DNA of 64,000 nt from Candidatus Omnitrophota bacterium. Lineage in GTDB: Bacteria > Omnitrophota > Gorgyraeia > Gygaellales > Profunditerraquicolaceae. The DNA is taken from NCBI GenBank assembly GCA_026387455.1, contig JAPLLR010000016.1:6358-70357 (forward strand). The letters are read 5' to 3'. A program made the position numbers and the translations under genes. Below the pieces are notes generated by a model. That model had not been told where the DNA came from and searched no databases. It saw nothing but the letters and a program-made list of their open reading frames with translations. Of this stretch, positions 20,697 through 29,119 are shown one piece after another (position 1 is the first letter of the stretch; the number at the start of each line of letters is the position of its first letter).

Positions 20697-21816
20697 ATTC
20701 AAGGATTATTCTTGCTGCACGGGAGGCGGCACCGGGTTCGCCGAGGGAGGATTTGACGAGGGCGAGATTCGAAGTGATTTCTTGAAGTTTCGCTGGATTG
20801 CGCATGATCTGTAACACTTCATGCGCAATTTTTTTAGGGATAGCGCCAAGCTGAATAAATTCCGGAATAATTTTTTTACCTGCTACAATATTCACCATTC
20901 CAATATAGGGCAATTTCACTTGTGGTCGGTATAGAAGGTAATTCAACAGGTTCATCTTATAGACCACGCAGAAAGGTTTTTGCATAATCGCGGTTTCCAG
21001 GGTGGCTGTGCCTGAGCAGACCAGCGCAAAATCCGCGATATTCAGGCAGTCATAAGTTTTCCCTTCCGCGATTTTCACTTCTACTTTAAAGCGATCGATG
21101 ATCCGGTTGTAAGTTTTCCAGTCAACCGAAGGTGATTTGACGATCACGAATTGCGCATTCATTTGTTCACTTATCAGTTTGACTGACTCTAACATGATGG
21201 GGAGGATATTGTTGATTTCTTGTTTGCGCGAGCCGGGAAGTAGGGCGATGGTCGGAGTATCTTTGGAGAGTTTTAGGTGGTTTAGAAATTCATCCTTCTG
21301 TACGGTAGGCTTTACTATGTCCAGTAGCGGGTGCCCCACAAAATCTACATTCATCCCGTATTTTTTGTAGAATTCCTTTTCGAATTTAAAGAGCACAATC
21401 ATTTTTCGGATATATTTCTTAATCGTCTGCACCCTGCCCGGCCTTGAGGCCCAGACTTGGGGGCTCACGTAATAGATGGTTGGTATAGTGTTATTGAGCT
21501 CTTTGGCCAGGCGCAGGTTAAAGCCGGAGAAATCAACGAATATTACCGCATCGAATTTTTCTTGATTGATAGTATAGAGAAGGAATTTTTTTAATTCGAA
21601 GAACTTGGGGAGTTTCTTAAAGACATCAAAAATCCCGAATACCGATAACCCTTTTATATCGTAAAGGATCTCAGCACCCGCCTGGCGCAGAAGTTCACTG
21701 CCCACGCCGAAGACTTTAAGCTCTGGGTTGATTTTCTTTAGGGCGCTGGTGAGATTTGCCGCGTGAAGAACTCCTGAGGCCTCTCCGCAGATGATCAGAA
21801 TCTTTTTTTCTGCCAT
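20686..21816 (-). CDS. lpxB: Lipid-A-disaccharide synthase.
   Basis: The N-terminus KILIICGEASGVLHAANLTSAL and the overall GT-B glycosyltransferase pattern are typical of LpxB. Confidence 0.8.
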   Translation of the reverse strand: MAEKKILIICGEASGVLHAANLTSALKKINPELKVFGVGSELLRQAGAEILYDIKGLSVFGIFDVFKKLPKFFELKKFLLYTINQEKFDAVIFVDFSGFNLRLAKELNNTIPTIYYVSPQVWASRPGRVQTIKKYIRKMIVLFKFEKEFYKKYGMNVDFVGHPLLDIVKPTVQKDEFLNHLKLSKDTPTIALLPGSRKQEINNILPIMLESVKLISEQMNAQFVIVKSPSVDWKTYNRIIDRFKVEVKIAEGKTYDCLNIADFALVCSGTATLETAIMQKPFCVVYKMNLLNYLLYRPQVKLPYIGMVNIVAGKKIIPEFIQLGAIPKKIAHEVLQIMRNPAKLQEITSNLALVKSSLGEPGAASRAARIILEFIS

Positions 21817-22718
21817 ATCTGTTTTTGGATTTCTAAGGCGACTTTGAGGGCTTCGCGGGCAACCGGACCAGAGACAAGGGGCTCTGTATGTGAGGTGACA
21901 CAGTCAATAAACGACTGGAGTTCTTTTTGTAGGGGTTGTTCTTTTTCTATTGGCAGGTCCTGTTTAGTGATCTGCGCCCCATCTTTTCTGTAAACACAGG
22001 CCTTAGCCTCTTTATAATCCAGCGATATATAGGTATCTTTCTGGAAAATGCGGATTTTGCGCAGCCACTCATCAGAGATGCGGCTTGCGGTAAGATTGGC
22101 GATGCAGCCGTTTTTAAAGGTCAGCCGGGTGTTAGCGATGTCTTCAAAGTGGGTGAGGACCGGTACGCCCACGGATTCGATTTTCTTAATCGGCGAGTTA
22201 ACAAGTCCTAAAACGATGTCAATATCATGGATCATCACATCCAAGACCGCTCCGATATCAAGGGAGCGGTTGGGGAATGGGCTAAGCCGGTGGCATTCAA
22301 TGAATTTTGGTTCTTTGATTAGCTTAAGGGTAGCGGCAAAAGCAGAGTTGAAGCGCTCGATGTGGCCGACCTGTAAAATCAGCTTATTTTTGCGGGCAAT
22401 TTGAATCAGCTGGTCAGCCTCTTTAAGCGTAGGGGTGAATGGTTTCTCAACCAGAGCGTGAATATTGTGCTTCAGGCAGTCAGCGGCGATTGAGAAATGC
22501 AGCTTGGTGGGTGTAGCGACGCTGACCGCGTCGACTTTGCCAAAAAGCTCCCGGTAATCAATGTAGCCCGGGACATTCAAAGTGTGGGATATTTCTTCCA
22601 GTCGCTTAGGGTCACTATCACATACCGCGCTCAAGAAGCAATTCGGTATTTCCTTATAAATCTTTGCGTGTATGCTGCCCAGATGCCCGACGCCGATCAC
22701 CGCAATCTTTATATCCAT
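21795..22718 (-). CDS. Gfo/Idh/MocA-family NAD(P)-dependent oxidoreductase.
   Basis: Rossmann N-terminus IAVIGVGHLGSIHAKIY and the EKP motif (ALVEKPF). It overlaps the lpxB start by 22 nt. Confidence 0.75.
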   Translation of the reverse strand: MDIKIAVIGVGHLGSIHAKIYKEIPNCFLSAVCDSDPKRLEEISHTLNVPGYIDYRELFGKVDAVSVATPTKLHFSIAADCLKHNIHALVEKPFTPTLKEADQLIQIARKNKLILQVGHIERFNSAFAATLKLIKEPKFIECHRLSPFPNRSLDIGAVLDVMIHDIDIVLGLVNSPIKKIESVGVPVLTHFEDIANTRLTFKNGCIANLTASRISDEWLRKIRIFQKDTYISLDYKEAKACVYRKDGAQITKQDLPIEKEQPLQKELQSFIDCVTSHTEPLVSGPVAREALKVALEIQKQIWQKKRF

Positions 22719-22807
22719 AGGGGAATCATAGCAGACTCGTTGCCTTGTTTCAACTAATATTTAACCGTGGGTGCCGAGGCTTGCTTTTCGCTAAATAATT
22801 ATATATG

Positions 22808-23160
22808 TTATTGTTTAGCGGGTCCTGCCTTGGCTTGTCCTGCGCGCGGCTTTTTGCCGTGCTCGGATCAAGCCAAGTCACCCGCTAAACCTACCATTTA
22901 TCAGCAAGCTTGTTGTTAGCGGCTGACTTGGACTGCACCTTGCTTTATCGGATAAGCAAGTGTGCTCTTCTGGGCTGATTTCGAGTGGTTCCTCGGACGC
23001 CCCGCTCAAAGCGACCCTCGTCACCCTTGACTGAAAGTTTCAGTTGGCGGGAGGCTTGGCTTGGTTTCGAGCAGGGCTAGAAATGAGCGCAGGTGCGGCA
23101 CAACGCTGGGCCGCACCAAGCGTCCCTGCGAGAAACAAGACAAGCCGACCAGCCATGAGT
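22808..23160. repeat. GC-rich highly structured element of about 350 bp, copy 1 (second copy at 52048-52455).
   Basis: Long nested inverted repeats (GTTTAGCGGGTCCTGCCTTGGCTTG ... CAAGCCAAGTCACCCGCTAAAC; GGTGCGGCACAACGCTGGGCCGCACC) and terminal inverted-repeat-like ends. Its GC content is far above the flanking DNA. Confidence 0.7.
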
Positions 23161-23223
23161 GATTGTAGTTTTGAATCAAAGATATCTCGACAAAGAGGAG
23201 CGAATGTGGTATAGTGCAACCTT

Positions 23224-25017
23224 ATGAAAAACTACAATAAGCTATTTATTTTCGCCCGTCCCTATACCGGACAGCTGATTATTTCCGGCATCTTCATGGG
23301 CATTGTGACTTTCTTCGATATCTTCCGTCTGAGCGCTATCGTGCCGGTTATCGACAGGATCTTCACTAATCGACAGATTACCTTCAATAACGGCAAGTTT
23401 CCGGCATTTGTCCAGAATATACTTAATTACCTGAATAATCTTGAGCCGATCAAGGTGCTGTATCTTATCCTTATTATCATGCCTATCGCTCTGATTATCC
23501 GGTCGGTTTTCGAATATCTGCAGTCCTATATAATGTCTGATGTGGGTCAGAAAGTCATCCGCGACGTCCGGAATATTGTTTACGAGAAGTTGCAGGTATT
23601 ATCTTTGGAATATTTCAGCCAAAGGAGGAGTGGCGAGCTGGTCTCCCGCATCACCAATGACGTAAAGCTGATCGAAAACGCCGTTTCTTACGCTCTTACG
23701 GATTTAGTTTATCAGGGCTTTACGGTTATCTGCTTCGCTATCACTATATTTTTCATAAACTGGAAACTGGCGCTTTTGGCTTTTGTGGTGTTGCCGGTTG
23801 TCGCGGTGCCCATGGTCACCGTCGGCAAGATGCTGCGCAAGCTAAGCAAGAGCTCGCAGGAAAAGATGGCGGATATCAACTCGCTACTAGTCGAAACATT
23901 CATTGGAGTGCGTATTGTGCGTGCTTTCTGCGCCGAGGCAAAAGAAGTGGCTAAGTTCCGCGGCCAGAATCATGATTATTACAAGCTGGCTATGAAATCC
24001 ATAAAGCGCATGCTTATTTTAGGTAACGCTACGGAGCTGGTAGGCGTGGCAATGGCTATCTTGATCATTTATATCAGCGGCAGACAGGTTATTTCGGGTG
24101 AATTGTCTTTCGGCGCGTTTGCCCTGTTCATGGCAGCTTTATTATCGCTGATCAAACCCTTTAAGAAATTAAGTCAGGTAAATTCCATTCTGCAGCAGGC
24201 TATGGCGGCTAGTACCCGTATTTATGAAGTGCTGGATGCGCCGGTGAGCGTCAGGCAGAGCCCACAGGCAAAAGAAATCAATGATTTTTCCTCTGGTATC
24301 CGTTACGAAGGAGTTTATTCCACCTATGGCGAGCACGATATACTTAAGAATATTAATCTGGAAGTCAAAAAGGGTTTTATGTTGGCGATTGTGGGTCCCA
24401 GCGGCTCGGGAAAGAGCACCATGGTGGATCTGATTCCGCGTTTTTATGACCCCAAAAAGGGAAAGATTTATATTGATGGAGTGGATATCAAGGATTTGAC
24501 TTTAAAATCACTTCGCCTGAAGATCGGAATGGTCACCCAGGAGACCATTCTTTTTAACGAGACTATAAAAGGAAATATACTCTACGGCAAGCCGGATGCA
24601 ACTGATAAAGAGATTGAATCAGCGGCTATCCAGGCACATGCCCATGAATTTATTAAGAATCTGCCCAATGGGTATAATACAGTGATCGGAGACAGGGGGA
24701 TGAAGCTTTCCGGCGGAGAGCGCCAGAGAATAGCCATTGCCCGCGCGCTTTTGAAGAATCCGCCGATTTTACTCCTTGATGAGGCGACTTCGCAGTTGGA
24801 TACCGAGTCGGAGCGTATCGTGCAGGAAGCTTTAGACCGGCTAATTCAGGGAAGAACGGTATTTGTTATTGCGCATAGGCTTTCGACTGTGCGCAATGCT
24901 CATAGAATTGTGGTTTTAGACCGCGGAATGATCGCGGAAGAGGGAACCCACCAGGAGTTGATCCAGAAGGACGGCCTCTATAAGCGGCTTTATTCCATGC
25001 AGGAACTCCAGAAGTAA
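23224..25017 (+). CDS. msbA: ABC transporter ATP-binding/permease protein, lipid A export flippase family.
   Basis: An N-terminal six-TM domain is followed by an ABC ATPase with Walker A (GPSGSGKST), signature (LSGGERQRIAIARAL) and Walker B (LLLDEATS) motifs. Confidence 0.75.
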   Translation: MKNYNKLFIFARPYTGQLIISGIFMGIVTFFDIFRLSAIVPVIDRIFTNRQITFNNGKFPAFVQNILNYLNNLEPIKVLYLILIIMPIALIIRSVFEYLQSYIMSDVGQKVIRDVRNIVYEKLQVLSLEYFSQRRSGELVSRITNDVKLIENAVSYALTDLVYQGFTVICFAITIFFINWKLALLAFVVLPVVAVPMVTVGKMLRKLSKSSQEKMADINSLLVETFIGVRIVRAFCAEAKEVAKFRGQNHDYYKLAMKSIKRMLILGNATELVGVAMAILIIYISGRQVISGELSFGAFALFMAALLSLIKPFKKLSQVNSILQQAMAASTRIYEVLDAPVSVRQSPQAKEINDFSSGIRYEGVYSTYGEHDILKNINLEVKKGFMLAIVGPSGSGKSTMVDLIPRFYDPKKGKIYIDGVDIKDLTLKSLRLKIGMVTQETILFNETIKGNILYGKPDATDKEIESAAIQAHAHEFIKNLPNGYNTVIGDRGMKLSGGERQRIAIARALLKNPPILLLDEATSQLDTESERIVQEALDRLIQGRTVFVIAHRLSTVRNAHRIVVLDRGMIAEEGTHQELIQKDGLYKRLYSMQELQK

Positions 25018-25153
25018 GGAAATAAACCTCAAAATTATTAAATAATATTTGCATAATAACAAGAATATGTTAATATAAGCGTCTATTCTTATGCCAAATG
25101 GTAGGTGTAAGGCGCAAAATCAATAAATAACAGGAAAAAGGGGGAACTACAAC

Positions 25154-26053
25154 GTGCCATCAGAATTAATCAAGCAATTACTGGAAGCAGGAGTGCATTT
25201 TGGGCATCAGACTAAGCGCTGGAACCCGAAAATGAAAAAATTCATCTTTGGTTCGCGTAGCGGTATTTACATTATCGATTTGGAGAAAACCGAGGAATGC
25301 ATTAACAAGGCTCGGGATTTCCTGATGGATATAACCGCAAAAGGCGAATTTGTGCTTTTTGTAGGCACAAAAAAGCAGGCTCAGGAAGTGGTTTTTCAGG
25401 AGGCTAACCGTTGCGGGATGTACTATGTCACCGAGCGCTGGCCCGGTGGAATGCTTACTAATTTCGCCACCATTAAAAAGAGTATCAGCCGCCTGAAAGA
25501 GATTGAGAAAATGAAGGTGGATGGCACTTACGAAAAGATTACCAAGAAAGAGATCTCCGGCCTGGAGAAGGAGTTGGCCAAGCTTAAAAAGAACTTCATG
25601 GGTATTGTGCCTATGGAACGCATGCCCAAGGCGATTTTTATCGTGGATACCAAGAAGGAAGAGACCGCGGTAAGCGAAGCCCGCAGGCTGGGTATTCCTA
25701 TCGTGGCGTTGATCGACACCAATTCCAACCCGGACCTGATAGATTATCCTGTTCCCGGTAATGACGACGCGACAAAATCCGTCAAGCTGGTGACTTCGCT
25801 TATGGCGGATACGGTTTTGGAGGGAAGAAAGAAATTTCTGTCGTATTTGGCCCAGGAAGGCGTTAAGGTAGAAGCTAAGAAGGATGAGGAAGACCAGGAA
25901 ATAGGACTTCTTCCTGAGGAAGAAGCGGGGATAAAAGAAATCGAGGAGATCGTTGAGGCTACCCAGCCGCTGGACGCTGAGGGAAAGCCGGTGAAAAAGG
26001 TCCGCGTAAAGACGGCTGTTGATGATAAATCAAGAACAAGAAGAAAGGTGTAA
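25154..26053 (+). CDS. rpsB: 30S ribosomal protein S2, with a charged C-terminal extension.
   Basis: [25 protein letters not shown] matches S2. GTG start after a GGGGGA RBS. Confidence 0.9.
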   Translation: MPSELIKQLLEAGVHFGHQTKRWNPKMKKFIFGSRSGIYIIDLEKTEECINKARDFLMDITAKGEFVLFVGTKKQAQEVVFQEANRCGMYYVTERWPGGMLTNFATIKKSISRLKEIEKMKVDGTYEKITKKEISGLEKELAKLKKNFMGIVPMERMPKAIFIVDTKKEETAVSEARRLGIPIVALIDTNSNPDLIDYPVPGNDDATKSVKLVTSLMADTVLEGRKKFLSYLAQEGVKVEAKKDEEDQEIGLLPEEEAGIKEIEEIVEATQPLDAEGKPVKKVRVKTAVDDKSRTRRKV

Positions 26054-26058
26054 GTAAG

Positions 26059-26586
26059 ATGGCTGCTAATGTTGATCTGATCAAAGAGTTAAGGCATATG
26101 ACCATGGCAAGCGTGGCCCACTGCAAAAAAGCTCTTGAGGAGTCAAACGGAGACATCAAGAAAGCGGCGGAATACCTGCGTAAGAAAGGCCTGGAAATTG
26201 CTGCTAATAAGCAGGACCGCGCGGTGAAAGAAGGTCGCATTGAAGCCTATATCCACCATGGAAGCAAGATTGGCGTGCTTTTGGAGGTGAACTGCGAGTC
26301 GGATTTCGTGGCTCGCAACGAGGATTTCACCAGCTTCACCAAGGATGTGGCCATGCAGATAGCCGCATGCAGTCCCATTTATATTAAAAGAGAAGATATT
26401 CCGGCAGAGGTGTTGGAGCAGGAGAAGAACAAGGAAGATTTCTGCAAGAATCACTGTCTTCTGGAACAGGCGTTTATTAAAGATGCAAGTTTGAGTATTA
26501 AGGATTATCTGGGCACAATCATCGGAAAACTCGGCGAGAATATCGTAGTTCGCAGATTTATAAGGTATAAAGTCGGGGAGTTATGA
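26059..26586 (+). CDS. tsf: Elongation factor Ts (short form).
   Basis: [38 protein letters not shown] matches the UBA-like N-domain of EF-Ts. It sits in the rpsB-tsf-pyrH-frr order. Confidence 0.85.
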   Translation: MAANVDLIKELRHMTMASVAHCKKALEESNGDIKKAAEYLRKKGLEIAANKQDRAVKEGRIEAYIHHGSKIGVLLEVNCESDFVARNEDFTSFTKDVAMQIAACSPIYIKREDIPAEVLEQEKNKEDFCKNHCLLEQAFIKDASLSIKDYLGTIIGKLGENIVVRRFIRYKVGEL

Positions 26587-27305
26587 GCAAGGCGGTTTAC
26601 AAAAGGATCGTTCTGAAGCTTAGCGGCGAAGCGCTTCAGGGGACAAAATCCCACGGAATAGACCATTCGGTTTTAGTATCTATCTCCCGTCAGATAAAAG
26701 AGGTTAGGGATTTAGGCGTGGATGTGGCGGTGGTGCTGGGTGCGGGAAATATCTTCCGTGGCCAGGAGAATACCGCCTCTCGCGGCCTGGATATGGATAG
26801 GTCTGTCGCAGACTATATGGGGATGCTTGCGACTATTATCAACGGTCTGGCTTTACAGGATGTTTTGGAGAAGACCGGAGTCCCTACCAGGGTAATGACC
26901 GCCATTGATATGGAGCGTATTGCCGAGCCGTATATCAGGCGTAGGGCCGTGCGACATCTGGAAAAAGGCAGGGTAGTTATATTTGTCGCTGGAACCGGCA
27001 ATCCGTATTTTACAACCGATACCGCGGCTTCCCTTCGCGCCAAGGAAATCAATGCCGACGTGATTTTGAAAGCTACGAAAGTGGATGGGGTTTATACCGC
27101 CGATCCGGTTAAGGTTAAAAGTGCTAGAAAGTTTGAGAAACTAAAATATATCGATGTGTTGAAAAAGGGCTTAAAGGTGATGGACGCCACCGCCATCAGC
27201 CTGTGTATGGATAATAACCTACCGATAGTGGTTTTCAATCTGACTAAGATCGGAAATATCAAGCGCGTAGTCATGGGCGAAAGAATCGGGACGGTAGTTT
27301 CATAA
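26583..27305 (+). CDS. pyrH: UMP kinase.
   Basis: [14 protein letters not shown] and GAGNIFRG motifs. Confidence 0.9.
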   Translation: MSKAVYKRIVLKLSGEALQGTKSHGIDHSVLVSISRQIKEVRDLGVDVAVVLGAGNIFRGQENTASRGLDMDRSVADYMGMLATIINGLALQDVLEKTGVPTRVMTAIDMERIAEPYIRRRAVRHLEKGRVVIFVAGTGNPYFTTDTAASLRAKEINADVILKATKVDGVYTADPVKVKSARKFEKLKYIDVLKKGLKVMDATAISLCMDNNLPIVVFNLTKIGNIKRVVMGERIGTVVS

Positions 27306-27375
27306 ATGTGTAGCTTTCTGCTCACCCCAAACTTAATGGATAGTTTGGGGTGAGCTGGTGCTCAAGGAGGTAGCT

Positions 27376-27936
27376 ATGACCACAAAAGAGATTCTGCATA
27401 GTACCGAAGAGAAGATGAAAAAATGTTTTGAGTCGGTGACTCGCGAGTTTGCGGAAGTGCGCACTGGCAGGGCCAGCCCGATTATCGTGGAAGGTCTGCA
27501 TATAGATTATTACGGAACACCTACGTTATTAAAGCAGCTGGCGTCTATTTCCGTGCCTGATCCCCATCTGATTGTGATCCAGCCGTGGGACGTTACGGCG
27601 ATTGTAGAGATCGAGAAGGCTATTCTTAAGTCAAATTTAGGGATTACTCCTTCTAACGACGGCAAGGTGGTACGTTTATCCGTACCGCAGTTATCCAAAG
27701 AGAGGCGTGAAGAGCTGGCCAAGGTAATCCACAAGATGGCTGAGGACGGAAGAGTGTCACTACGCACCATAAGACGGGATTCCAAGGAGCATGTAGAGAA
27801 GCTGGAAAAAGACAAGGTGATTTCTGAGGATGATAGATTTCGCGGGATCGAGGATATGCAGAAGATCGTGGATAAATATATTGCTAAGGTTGACGAGCTT
27901 CTGAAGAGTAAAGAGAAGGAAGTTTTGCAAGTTTAG
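27376..27936 (+). CDS. frr: Ribosome recycling factor.
   Basis: Matches the RRF family. ATG follows the GCTCAAGGAGG RBS, which is preceded by the CTCACCCCAAAC-TTAATGGATA-GTTTGGGGTGAG hairpin. Confidence 0.9.
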   Translation: MTTKEILHSTEEKMKKCFESVTREFAEVRTGRASPIIVEGLHIDYYGTPTLLKQLASISVPDPHLIVIQPWDVTAIVEIEKAILKSNLGITPSNDGKVVRLSVPQLSKERREELAKVIHKMAEDGRVSLRTIRRDSKEHVEKLEKDKVISEDDRFRGIEDMQKIVDKYIAKVDELLKSKEKEVLQV

Positions 27937-27950
27937 GGCAAGTTTAATTT

Positions 27951-28023
27951 GGGCCTCTAGCTCATCCGGTAGAGCAGCGGCTTTTTAAGCCGCGTGTGCC
28001 GAGTTCGAGTCTCGGGAGGCTCA
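27951..28023 (+). tRNA. tRNA-Lys (anticodon TTT).
   Basis: Cloverleaf with a 7-bp acceptor stem GGGCCTC/GAGGCTC, anticodon loop TTTTTAA and T-loop TTCGAGT. CCA is not encoded. Confidence 0.85.
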
Positions 28024-28026
28024 TAA

Positions 28027-28062
28027 AATTTCTTGCTTTGCTTTCGCAAAGCAAGAAATTCA
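28027..28062 (+). terminator. Perfect hairpin (TTTCTTGCTTTGC-tttc-GCAAAGCAAGAAA) after tRNA-Lys.
   Basis: A 13-bp perfect inverted repeat; the flanks are only moderately U-rich. Confidence 0.5.
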
Positions 28063-28193
28063 TGCCGCAGTCAATTCAAAAAATACGAAGTTCCCGAAGG
28101 GTATCGAAGTCCCCTCTGGGGCGGAGAGATTTTTGGAGCGAATAGGCAAGGGATACAAGTAAAGGCGTCAGAGGAAACTATCCGGGCGGATGG

Positions 28194-28275
28194 CGGAACT
28201 GGCATACGCGATAGCCTTAGGAGCTATTGGGGCAACCCTTGGAGGTTCAAATCCTCTTCCGCCCACTTTAAATTT
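28194..28275 (+). tRNA. tRNA-Leu (anticodon TAG), class II with a long variable arm.
   Basis: Acceptor stem GGGCGGA/TCCGCCC. The D-arm TGGCGGAACTGGCATACGC closely matches Leu tRNAs. Anticodon loop CTTAGGA, variable arm GGGGCAACCC, T-arm GGAGGTTCAAATCCTCT. Confidence 0.85.
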
Positions 28276-28276
28276 T

Positions 28277-28311
28277 CCGACAAGGAAAATTTAAAGTGTA
28301 CTCAAGCGAGC
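28277..28311 (+). terminator. Perfect 14-bp hairpin (CACTTTAAATTTTCC-gacaa-GGAAAATTTAAAGTG) after tRNA-Leu.
   Basis: Perfect inverted repeat directly 3' of the tRNA. Confidence 0.5.
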
Positions 28312-28406
28312 GTAGCACAGATACATACAAATAATCATATCGTGCATCTGGCGCAATAGGAGGCGCCAGTGCGCATTAGGTATTGCGCCAGTGCGCATTA
28401 GGTAAT

Positions 28407-28479
28407 GCGGGAGTAGCTCAGCTGGTAGAGCGCAACCTTGCCAAGGTTGATGTCACGGGTTCGAATCCCGCCTCCCGCT
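28407..28479 (+). tRNA. tRNA-Gly (anticodon GCC).
   Basis: GCGGGAGTAGCTCAGCTGGTAGAGCGCAACCTTGCCAAGGTTG...GGTTCGAATCCCGCCTCCCGCT forms a canonical cloverleaf. Confidence 0.85.
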
Positions 28480-28603
28480 TTAATTTGTAAGGGGCAAGGT
28501 CCTGTGAGCCCGAAGGGCGAAACAGGGCAAGTCTTGCAAGCCCGGAGGGCGAAGCAGGGCGCCTCCCGCTTAAATATTATTTACTCGAAAGGAGCAAGTT
28601 CTT

Positions 28604-29074
28604 ATGCAGATAATGGACTTTCTTTCAAAAAAAGCTATTCTTACTGATCTGAAGTCTTCGAAAAAAGAGGACGTGATTAAGGAGATGGTGGATGCGCTGA
28701 TCAATTCCGGAGATATCGAGAAGCGCAATCGTACTAAGCTTATTGATGGCCTCATGGCTCGCGAATCTCTCGGGTCAACTGCAATCGGCCAGGGCATCGC
28801 TATCCCGCACGCCAAATCGGATTGCGTTGACAAGCTCATTGCAGGATTTGCCCTTTCCAAGAAGGGAGTTGATTTTGATTCTCTCGACGGAGAGTTGGCT
28901 TACATATTTTTCTTGCTGATCGCACCGCAGGACTCCGCTGGGCCGCACTTAAAAGCGCTTGCTCGCATTTCGCGGCTTTTAAAGGATAAGTATTTTCGTG
29001 ACACGCTGCGTAGCGCTGCCGACGAAAAAGCCGTCATCAAGGCCATCAGCCTTGAGGATGAGAAAAAGTTCTAA
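28604..29074 (+). CDS. ptsN: PTS EIIA, fructose/nitrogen-type (PtsN-like).
   Basis: Matches the EIIA-Ntr family including the active-site His region (GIAIPHAKSD). Confidence 0.75.
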   Translation: MQIMDFLSKKAILTDLKSSKKEDVIKEMVDALINSGDIEKRNRTKLIDGLMARESLGSTAIGQGIAIPHAKSDCVDKLIAGFALSKKGVDFDSLDGELAYIFFLLIAPQDSAGPHLKALARISRLLKDKYFRDTLRSAADEKAVIKAISLEDEKKF

Positions 29075-29119
29075 AACCTTGGTTGGTTATAAAACCGACC
29101 GCAGTTTTTCTTTTATTAA

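Noticed and set aside
22808-23160. Identification of the GC-rich element as RNase P RNA, SRP RNA, 6S RNA or tmRNA
   Set aside because: It has no GGGAGGAAAGTCCGGGC-type P4 sequence, no SRP domain IV AGGUCAGG...GGAAG motif, and no tRNA-like or tag-ORF tmRNA features. Two copies per 30 kb is inconsistent with single-copy housekeeping RNAs.
28121-28275. A possible tmRNA or long tRNA-like molecule, suggested by a GGGCGGA 5' acceptor-like sequence at 28121 pairing with the TCCGCCC 3' end at 28268
   Set aside because: A second GGGCGGA at 28194 gives a canonical 82-nt class II tRNA-Leu with a textbook D-arm. No tag-peptide reading frame or tmRNA pseudoknot signatures are present, and 150 nt is too short for a tmRNA.
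28033-28359. A 108-aa + strand ORF from the six-frame track
   Set aside because: It overlaps tRNA-Leu(TAG) at 28194-28275 and the flanking hairpins. Its translation is low-complexity with no protein-like features. It is a non-coding tRNA spacer.
28362-28405. Direct repeats (GCGCCAGTGCGCATTAGGTA, twice) considered as a possible CRISPR array
   Set aside because: There are only two copies with no spacer-length intervening unique sequence and no cas genes anywhere in the window. It is a simple tandem duplication.
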